Virus record (IMG/VR): IMGVR_UViG_2648501730_000008
Coordinates: 1 to 5,382 of that record
DNA: 5,382 bases
Strand: one strand, 5' to 3'
From: a virus
Taxonomy: Duplodnaviria; Heunggongvirae; Uroviricota; Caudoviricetes
Shown one piece after another: positions 1 to 5,382 of the stretch. The notes under the pieces were generated by a model, which did not search any database, was not told the DNA's origin, and worked only from the letters and a program-made list of their open reading frames with translations. The position numbers were made by a program, and so were the translations under genes. How positions within the stretch are numbered: the first letter of the stretch is position 1; each line of letters opens with the position of its first letter.

Positions 1-512
1 TGTGCAGAGGACAGGGGCACCCGGTAAAAGCCGGTGACCGCCATATTGTCCAGGTAAAGGTTCTGACCGTTGCGCCACCAGTCATCCTCACGCTCAAAAT
101 CCGGCATATCAATTCCCGCCAGATGGTATGCATCCCGGAACAGCGTGTAACAGTCCGTCACCCCGTGCTCAAAGCGCCGTCCTGTCAGATGTGGCACACA
201 GCGGAATTTATGAATGTCCCCCCGGCAGACCAGCCACCAGGACAGTGCACTTTTTATCTGCAGCCGCCGGTCGGCCTCGCTCAGCCAGGGCAGACCACCG
301 GGATGACTGTGGACCAGTGCCACAATCTCCCCCTGCATCTCTGCCCGCAGCCAGTCTTCCGGTGCAATACGAAAATACGCCTCCGGCTCTGCAGAAATAT
401 TCACACAAGGGATATACCACTCCCCCTCCGGCGTGCTTATCACGAAGCCGCACGACTCCGCAGGCGCACACCGCCGGGCATGCGCCAGAATCGCTGATTC
501 AGTCTGTGTCAT
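1..512 (-). CDS. K: Tail tip assembly protein K-like (N-terminal MPN/JAMM domain, start of NlpC/P60-like region); ATG at 512..510, 170 codons in window, 3' end truncated by window edge
   Basis: My own translation of the minus strand from ATG 512 gives MTQTESAILAHARRCAPAESCGFVISTPEGEWYIPCVNISAEPEAYFRIAPEDWLRAEMQGEIVALVHSHPGGLPWLSEADRR...GVTDCYTLFRDAYHLAGIDMPDFEREDDWWRNGQNLYLDNMAVTGFYRVPLSSA, open to position 1. It contains an exact JAMM motif H-x-H-x7-S-x2-D (HSHPGGLPWLSEAD) and closely resembles lambda gpK as I recall it. It sits immediately downstream of L, as in lambda. The ORF track missed it because it runs off the window; the 87-aa minus ORF at 208..471 is in a different frame. Confidence 0.9.
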   Translation of the reverse strand, partial: MTQTESAILAHARRCAPAESCGFVISTPEGEWYIPCVNISAEPEAYFRIAPEDWLRAEMQGEIVALVHSHPGGLPWLSEADRRLQIKSALSWWLVCRGDIHKFRCVPHLTGRRFEHGVTDCYTLFRDAYHLAGIDMPDFEREDDWWRNGQNLYLDNMAVTGFYRVPLSSA

Positions 513-522
513 AAACCGGGAT

Positions 523-1221
523 TTACTGCGAAAGTTTATTAATGGAAAGGAAACCGCCAAAATTAGCCACCATGCCGCGCATCTCACACCCGCGCATGCA
601 CTTGCTGCATCTGTCCTTACGGATATCCGTGGTGGGGTTGTCGAACTCATCCGCCACCGCAGGACCGTTATACCCGCATTCATCTCCCCGGTAATCCCAC
701 ATACAGGTGTTCGCCAGCATGATGCGACCGGGAAACAGCGCCCCGTCCGTCTCGGTCGGTGTAGCCAGCACAAACGAGGCCGTCATGGCCGTCAGCTCCG
801 ACATCTGCTCCACCACCCAGCGGTCACTCAGCTCCTGCTCCGGGTCCGCTTCCGGATTGCCCGCAACGAAATTCACCGCATCCAGAAAACGGGCATACAC
901 CCGGCGGCGGACCACCGTGGCCCCCACCAGACTCTGCAGGTCCTCCGCCATCCCGGTGACAAGACCAAACAGATTGGACACCGTCAGCGACGGGCGGGCA
1001 CTGCTGCCCTTCCCGTTCATCTCAAAGCCACTGCCGTCAATCGGGTATGCCTGATACTTACGCCCCTGCCAGGTCACCGGCTCCCCTTTTTCATTCAGCT
1101 CATTACAGAAAAAATACCGCTCACCACCCTGCACCGTCAGGTCAATTTCCCAGAGCACCACCCGCGGTGACTGCTCTGACTTAACCGACTCGTTCAGGCT
1201 TTCTTCGTGAATATCCTGCAT
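523..1221 (-). CDS. L: Minor tail protein L (tail tip complex; gpL family with C-terminal Cys cluster)
   Basis: 232-aa ORF, the same length as lambda gpL, with near-identical stretches as I recall lambda gpL (VVLWEIDLT, GGERYFFCNE.NEKGEPVTWQGR.YQ.YPI, FGGFLSINKLSQ). Its start ATG overlaps the M stop (TGATG). A GGTGGTG Shine-Dalgarno-like element lies about 5 nt upstream. Confidence 0.92.
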   Translation of the reverse strand: MQDIHEESLNESVKSEQSPRVVLWEIDLTVQGGERYFFCNELNEKGEPVTWQGRKYQAYPIDGSGFEMNGKGSSARPSLTVSNLFGLVTGMAEDLQSLVGATVVRRRVYARFLDAVNFVAGNPEADPEQELSDRWVVEQMSELTAMTASFVLATPTETDGALFPGRIMLANTCMWDYRGDECGYNGPAVADEFDNPTTDIRKDRCSKCMRGCEMRGMVANFGGFLSINKLSQ

Positions 1222-1562
1222 CAGTTCACCACCTGCTCAATCGTACAGCTGAAATCACTGTACCGGGCGTTATCCGTGACGCTCCACTCCCGGCACACCA
1301 CCCTCACCGTCCGGTTATGTTTCGGCGGTCGCCACAAAAAGGCACGGTAACCACCATGCCAGGATAAAAATTCATCCAGCCAGCGCCGGGTTGACTCATC
1401 CGTCACCCGGAACACCGCCTGAAACGTCTTCAGTTGAGGATTCAGCCCTGTGGGGCGGCGCTGTTCATAACCGTCACCAAACCGCACCCTCACCACCGAC
1501 GGCTTCTCACTCACCTGCATCCCTTCACGCGGGACCAGATGCAGCGTTTTTATCTCAGCCAC
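1221..1562 (-). CDS. M: Minor tail protein M
   Basis: 113-aa ORF with VRVRFGDGY and C-terminal EQVVN matching lambda gpM (109 aa) as I recall it. It begins at GTG (1562..1560), preceded by GGAGG at 1575..1571 with 8-nt spacing, and overlaps the tape measure stop codon. The position between H and L matches lambda gene order. Confidence 0.88.
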   Translation of the reverse strand: MAEIKTLHLVPREGMQVSEKPSVVRVRFGDGYEQRRPTGLNPQLKTFQAVFRVTDESTRRWLDEFLSWHGGYRAFLWRPPKHNRTVRVVCREWSVTDNARYSDFSCTIEQVVN

Positions 1563-4500
1563 TCAGCATTCCTCCGTCACGTCGCATGGACAGCATCACC
1601 GCCTGCACCCGCTGGTCAATCAGCTGCACAAGACTGCCTGCCGCCTCCGGCCCTATCTGGCCATTAGTCCCGTCATTCTGAATGGCGATATGGTAGACCG
1701 GGGAATACACCAGACCCGCACTGCCGTTCATACTGCCCACCGCGCGCACACCCAGCGAGCCATCCGCCGCCCGGGTCAGGGGCATAATGGCTTCAGGTCC
1801 GGCCTCCCCCATCAGTCCCGCCCCTTTTGCAAAGGCAAAGTACGTGGGCGTATCCACAATACTGTTGCTGTACGCACTCAGGTTTGCCGAGGTATACACG
1901 CCGCCTTTTGCATTGGCCACCGCACCGCCCAGCCAGTCACCAATGCTGCCGAGAAATCCTCCCGCACCGGACATACCGTTTGCCGCCGTCTTAATTCCGT
2001 TGACAATCGCGGCATTCATAAGAACTTTTGATATTTCCTGCAGCACTGATGAGGCCCAGCTGCGCCATTCCACTTTATTTCCGTTCAGCATCTCCGTGAT
2101 GTTATTCACCATCCCTGAGATACCCTCCGTCGCAAGCTGTGCTGCCTGTGAGGCGTAATCGGACGCATTATCCACCCAGTTACTGAATCCCTCCTGCAGC
2201 CCTTTCTGCCAGTCCGCACGCTGCACATCCGATTCGGCATAAAAAGCTTCCTGGTCTTTAAGGCGTTCACTCAGATACTGCGCGTTCTGTGCCAGAGCCT
2301 GTCTGTAAAAATCCTCACTGATATCCCCGGTCTGATACTGAGACTGAAGGTCCGCATCCTTCTGGCGGAAGCTGTCGCGGATCTGCTGCAACTCCCGCAT
2401 GCGTTCTCTGGCTCGCTCCCCCTGCCCGTACCCCAGCAGTTCAGCATCATTCGACGCACGCGCAGCCGCATTCTCATTCTTCAGTGTCTCTTCCCGGGAT
2501 CGCAACTGTTCCCGGATTTTTTGCTGGTCAATCAGGGCCGCATTACGCAGCAGTTCCTGCTTCTGCATCTCCGTCAGGGTTTTCAGTTCGCCCTGCGCAG
2601 TCTGGTATTTCAGCTTCGCCAGCTCTGTATTCTGCCCCACCAGTGCCAGTTGCTCTTTCTGCTGCTTCAGCAGCCGGGAAAAACTGTCTTCCGCTTTTTC
2701 CGTCTCTGATTTTCCACCCCGGGATTTGGGTTTATTCGCCTCGTTATTGCGCCAGGCTTCCAGGGCATTACTGATATAACGCTGTCTCGCCTCCTGATAC
2801 GGATCACCCACAAAACCGAGGTCATCCGCCGCATACCCCAGCCGGACACGCTCTTTTTCTTCCCCTTTCAGTCTGGACAGGGCCAGCTCACGCTCTGTTT
2901 TTGTCAGGGCACTCTGCTGTTTATCATCCAGGGTGGCCTGTGGCAGCCGTAACGGTACATTCACCAGTCCCTGACGCTGCTGAAGCAGTTCATTCCCCAG
3001 CCCCAGCAGACGGTTGAATTCCGTATGCTGACCGTTCATAACCAGCATGGACTGGTACACCTTATTCTGCTCTGCCGCCTGCTGACGAATTAACGCCACA
3101 CGACGGTCTTCCAGCCCGGCAAGCACATCCTGAATGGACTGCGCTTTTTCCTGCATCTGTGCCAGACGGGACTGCTCAACGGCAAGCTGCTCTGTTGCCT
3201 GAGCAAGCCCTTCCGTTACGGTCTTCACCGAGGTCAGATGGTTTATCATGAATCCGTCACCGGTCGTCCAGCCCGGGTTCGCCAGAACATACTGATATCC
3301 TGCGATTTTTTCCTGCAGGGATTTCACCCGACTGGCCTGTTCATCAATCAGCCGGTTCTGCTCTGTCAGCGCCGCCCGTGTTCGTCCTTCATTATCTGAG
3401 GCTTCAGGCAAAGACATTGACGGCGTTTTATGCGCGATTTCATCTATCGTCAGTGCATACTGGCGCGCAGACTCCCTGGCCTGCTCCTGATTCTGGTACA
3501 GCGTATACCATGCTGCAGCCCCCAGCATCACCAGTCCGGGTACGCCACCAACCAGCCCCAACGCACCACTCATCAGACGTGAGCCCACCGCCGTTGTACT
3601 GTTCAGCGCATTCTGGGCGGCGCTTCTGGCAGCAATATTTCTGTTCAGGCGTTCCTGTGTGGCCGCCAGACGGGCCTCTGCAGCAATCTGCATCTCCGTC
3701 CCGCGGGCTGCCGCCACGGCCTGCTGAGCACGGTACACGGCTGCCCTTGCCCGCGCCGTGGCAATCTGCGTTCCCCTGAACTGTGCTTCCGCCAGTGCAA
3801 CTTCATTACGTGCAGCCGTCACAAGTCCTGCCGTGGCAGACATCGCTCCGGAGGCCATATTGCCAAAGTACCGGGCAACCCCGACGGCAACCAGCGCACC
3901 CACAGCTGTTGCCACATTATCAATCTGTCCGGCAACACCGTTCAGCACGCCGGAGAGCGTTTTTGTCACCCCGCTGGCCTCATTCGCACCGCCCACCCAG
4001 GCCATAAAGGCGTTTTCCACCTTCGTGATACCACCAGAAACCGTTTCCGGCATGGCGGCATATTCATCACGCAATACCCCCAGCTGGCTGATTAACGCAG
4101 GAACGACTTTATCCGCCGTCAGTTGACCATCGTCCGCCATCGCCTTCAGATCTTTACGGGCCACGCCCATGCCTGCAGCCAGTGCACGAATGATCCGGTC
4201 ACCACTTTCATTGACCGAATTAAATTCCTCACCGCGCAACACACCCTGTGCCAGCGCCTGGCTGAACTGGGTGATCACCGAACCCGCCTCAGCCGTACTG
4301 GCACCGGAGATTTTCAGCCCCGTGGAAATGGCCTCCGTCACCTTCAGCACATCATCAGCACTGTAACCATATTCACGCATCGAGGCAGCCGAACGGGCAA
4401 ACAGGGCCGCATTATCCGAAAAAGCGGTACCTGTCCGCTGGCTGATATCCATCAGCACTTTCTGTGATGACGAAAATTCATCAGATGACTGCGACGCCTG

Positions 4501-4797
4501 TTTCAGACGGGCATTCACGGAACTCCACTCATCAGCCAGTGAAATCAGGTGTCCGGTGGCAAAGGCACCGGCAAATGCGCCAGCCATTCCGACAGCCGAA
4601 GCGCGGATTTCCGTCAACTGGCTGTTCAGTTCTGCCAGGGCACGTCGCTGCTCCCGGGCTGCCGCAGCGGCCTGACGCCCGCCATTCTGCAGGGTCCGGT
4701 AATATTCACTGCCCATACGGGAAGCACGCTGGAGCTCCGACTGGAATGACTGTGAATTTGCCGAAATTTTGATAATCAGTTCACGTAACGTCGCCAT
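1555..4797 (-). CDS. H: Tail tape measure protein (lambda gpH-like C-terminal region; Gly/Ala-rich hydrophobic segments and long coiled-coil-like middle)
   Basis: 1080-aa ORF, the longest in the window, located between the G-T chaperone pair and M. The C-terminal ~215 aa (NWVDNASDYASQ...NDGTNGQIGP...RRDGGMLSG) resembles the lambda gpH C-terminus as I recall it. The sequence is Ala/Gln/Glu/Arg-rich, typical of tape measure proteins. ATG at 4797..4795 is preceded by a GGAGAAAGG ribosome binding site. Confidence 0.95.
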   Translation of the reverse strand: MATLRELIIKISANSQSFQSELQRASRMGSEYYRTLQNGGRQAAAAAREQRRALAELNSQLTEIRASAVGMAGAFAGAFATGHLISLADEWSSVNARLKQASQSSDEFSSSQKVLMDISQRTGTAFSDNAALFARSAASMREYGYSADDVLKVTEAISTGLKISGASTAEAGSVITQFSQALAQGVLRGEEFNSVNESGDRIIRALAAGMGVARKDLKAMADDGQLTADKVVPALISQLGVLRDEYAAMPETVSGGITKVENAFMAWVGGANEASGVTKTLSGVLNGVAGQIDNVATAVGALVAVGVARYFGNMASGAMSATAGLVTAARNEVALAEAQFRGTQIATARARAAVYRAQQAVAAARGTEMQIAAEARLAATQERLNRNIAARSAAQNALNSTTAVGSRLMSGALGLVGGVPGLVMLGAAAWYTLYQNQEQARESARQYALTIDEIAHKTPSMSLPEASDNEGRTRAALTEQNRLIDEQASRVKSLQEKIAGYQYVLANPGWTTGDGFMINHLTSVKTVTEGLAQATEQLAVEQSRLAQMQEKAQSIQDVLAGLEDRRVALIRQQAAEQNKVYQSMLVMNGQHTEFNRLLGLGNELLQQRQGLVNVPLRLPQATLDDKQQSALTKTERELALSRLKGEEKERVRLGYAADDLGFVGDPYQEARQRYISNALEAWRNNEANKPKSRGGKSETEKAEDSFSRLLKQQKEQLALVGQNTELAKLKYQTAQGELKTLTEMQKQELLRNAALIDQQKIREQLRSREETLKNENAAARASNDAELLGYGQGERARERMRELQQIRDSFRQKDADLQSQYQTGDISEDFYRQALAQNAQYLSERLKDQEAFYAESDVQRADWQKGLQEGFSNWVDNASDYASQAAQLATEGISGMVNNITEMLNGNKVEWRSWASSVLQEISKVLMNAAIVNGIKTAANGMSGAGGFLGSIGDWLGGAVANAKGGVYTSANLSAYSNSIVDTPTYFAFAKGAGLMGEAGPEAIMPLTRAADGSLGVRAVGSMNGSAGLVYSPVYHIAIQNDGTNGQIGPEAAGSLVQLIDQRVQAVMLSMRRDGGMLSG
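1571..1575 (-). promoter_or_regulatory. Shine-Dalgarno element (GGAGG) for M, embedded in the 3' end of the tape measure gene
   Basis: The minus strand reads GACGGAGGAATGCTGAGTGGCTGAG: GGAGG, then 8 nt, then the GTG start of M. The H stop TGA (1557..1555) lies inside the second and third codons of M. Confidence 0.5.
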
Positions 4798-4800
4798 TCA

Positions 4801-4809
4801 CCTTTCTCC
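4801..4809 (-). promoter_or_regulatory. Shine-Dalgarno / ribosome binding site for the tape measure gene (GGAGAAAGG, 3 nt before the ATG)
   Basis: The minus strand reads CCCGGAGAAAGGTGAATGGCG, with ATG at 4797..4795. Confidence 0.55.
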
Positions 4810-4815
4810 GGGCGT

Positions 4816-4836
4816 AAAAAAACCGCCTCAGCGGTT
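4816..4836 (-). terminator. Short hairpin (6-bp stem AACCGC/GCGGTT, 4-nt loop) followed by a 7-U tract, oriented with the operon; candidate weak intrinsic terminator or attenuator between T and H
   Basis: The minus strand reads GAACCGCTGAGGCGGTTTTTTTACGCC, directly after the T stop (TGA 4847..4845) and before the H ribosome binding site. The stem is short, so any termination is probably partial. Confidence 0.3.
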
Positions 4837-4844
4837 CTCATCAT

Positions 4845-5153
4845 TCATGACTGTGCTGCAAGGCTCAGCGCGTCTTCCAGCGCCGCAAACGGATCCACCT
4901 CCGGCTTATCCTCATCCTCGCCCCAGCAGAGCATGGCGTCCTCCAGTGAAACATTCATCCCCTGCGCCCCGAAAACCGCTTTCACGATCTGCGCATTACG
5001 GATATCCCCGCGCTCATCACCCAGCGGGGACACCCTGTCAAACTCCATCCACATCATCGCCTCGCTCGCACTCAGACTGTGCCCCAGTTCGGATAAGGTG
5101 CGCCCCAGACGGAGCGCAAGTCGCATCAGAAAGAGAATTTCCGGGCGGGCTAC
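4845..5153 (-). CDS. T: T-like -1 frame extension of the tail assembly chaperone (C-terminal part of the G-T fusion); not an independent gene
   Basis: The frame is open from the slippery site (first post-shift codon GTA at 5153..5151) to TGA at 4847..4845. It is -1 relative to the G-like ORF. There is no Shine-Dalgarno element ahead of the internal ATG at 5126. It sits immediately upstream of the tape measure gene, as lambda T does. Confidence 0.8.
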   Translation of the reverse strand, partial: VARPEILFLMRLALRLGRTLSELGHSLSASEAMMWMEFDRVSPLGDERGDIRNAQIVKAVFGAQGMNVSLEDAMLCWGEDEDKPEVDPFAALEDALSLAAQS

Positions 5154-5382
5154 TTTTTTCTGGCCGACTCTGCATCAGCGATCAGTTCCAGTGCCTGACG
5201 CAGCAACCGGGCATGTACCGGACCATAGACGGCCAGCACCTGCTCACGGTCGTCCGGAGTGAACACCCGCTGCAGATCAGTATCAAACAGGACATCGCAG
5301 AACAGCGTCACATCCGCTTCCAGGTTACGGCGGGTTTTCGCCACCACCGACAGGGTATCGTCATCCTCTCCATCACCATTGA
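5150..5382 (-). CDS. G: G-like tail assembly chaperone, 5' partial (start lies beyond the window end)
   Basis: The frame is open from the window edge (...NGDGEDDDTLSVVAKTRRNLEADVTLFCDVLFDTDLQRVFTPDDREQVLAVYGPVHARLLRQALELIADAESARKK*). The GTG at 5347 used by the ORF track is internal. The ORF ends in the slippery heptamer plus TAG and lies directly upstream of the T-like ORF and H, the canonical G / G-T / tape measure arrangement. Its sequence does not obviously match lambda gpG from memory, so the call rests on synteny and the recoding signal. Confidence 0.75.
   Translation of the reverse strand, partial: NGDGEDDDTLSVVAKTRRNLEADVTLFCDVLFDTDLQRVFTPDDREQVLAVYGPVHARLLRQALELIADAESARKK
5153..5159 (-). 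other. Programmed -1 ribosomal frameshift slippery heptamer A_AAA_AAG, immediately followed by the G-frame stop TAG
   Basis: The minus strand reads TCG GCC AGA AAA AAG TAG in the G frame. After a -1 slip the reading continues AAA AAA GTA GCC CGC CCG GAA ATT CTC TTT CTG ATG CGA..., which is the 93-aa ORF frame. Confidence 0.75.

Noticed and set aside
123-514. Plus-strand ORFs of 124 and 128 aa, and a minus-strand 87-aa ORF (208..471), overlapping the K region
   Set aside because: All are out of frame with or antisense to the K reading frame, which translates into a protein with recognisable motifs. Their products are Arg/Pro/His-rich low-complexity sequences typical of shadow ORFs in GC-rich coding DNA.
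433-1170. 245-aa plus-strand ORF (and the 115-aa ORF at 707..1054) antisense to L
   Set aside because: It fully overlaps the well-supported L gene on the opposite strand, has no ribosome binding site context I could see, and has an Arg/His-rich composition. Antisense ORF, not a gene.
1391-4772. Numerous plus-strand ORFs (62-133 aa) and two minus-strand ORFs (2271..2477, 2667..2849) inside the M and tape measure region
   Set aside because: All lie within, and in other frames than, the continuous 1080-aa tape measure ORF or M. Their compositions are Ser/Pro/Arg/Ala-rich without recognisable motifs. There is no intergenic space for embedded genes.
4816-4836. The A7 run plus hairpin read as a plus-strand element
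   Set aside because: On the plus strand the A-run precedes the hairpin and no T-run follows, so it is not a terminator in that orientation. It only makes sense on the minus (coding) strand.
4933-5262. 109-aa plus-strand ORF spanning the G/T junction
   Set aside because: Antisense to the G and T reading frames and crossing the frameshift site; no independent support.
1-5382. Possibility of an embedded novel defence, toxin or moron system, CRISPR array, tRNA or insertion sequence
   Set aside because: The window is fully accounted for by six collinear tail genes with overlapping or near-abutting boundaries. I saw no direct repeat arrays, no tRNA-like cloverleaf candidates, no inverted-repeat-bounded element, and no compositionally distinct insert. 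Claiming a novel system would not be supported by the sequence.

Overview
The whole window is one densely packed, minus-strand tail-morphogenesis module of a lambda-like (lambdoid) siphovirus or prophage. Reading in the direction of transcription (high to low coordinates) it contains: the 3' part of a G-like tail assembly chaperone; a -1 frame T-like extension reached through a slippery heptamer A_AAA_AAG sitting on the G stop codon; a 1080-aa tail tape measure protein (H-like); minor tail protein M; minor tail protein L; and the 5' 170 codons of tail tip assembly protein K, which runs off the window at position 1. Assignments rest on gene order, start/stop coupling and motifs I translated myself (JAMM motif and Cys in K, C-terminal Cys cluster in L, NDGTNGQIGP and RDGG motifs at the tape measure C-terminus), compared with lambda gpK/L/M/H as I recall them; no database search was possible. 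Intergenic space is almost nil (10 nt between L and K, 47 nt between T and H), so there is no room for a moron or cargo gene. All plus-strand ORFs in the track are antisense to these genes and look like GC-rich shadow ORFs. I find no sequence-level support for a novel, undescribed system here; this is an ordinary, well-understood structural region. The points worth a second look are the recoding site, a weak hairpin plus U-tract ahead of the tape measure gene, and the long, apparently mosaic tape measure protein.
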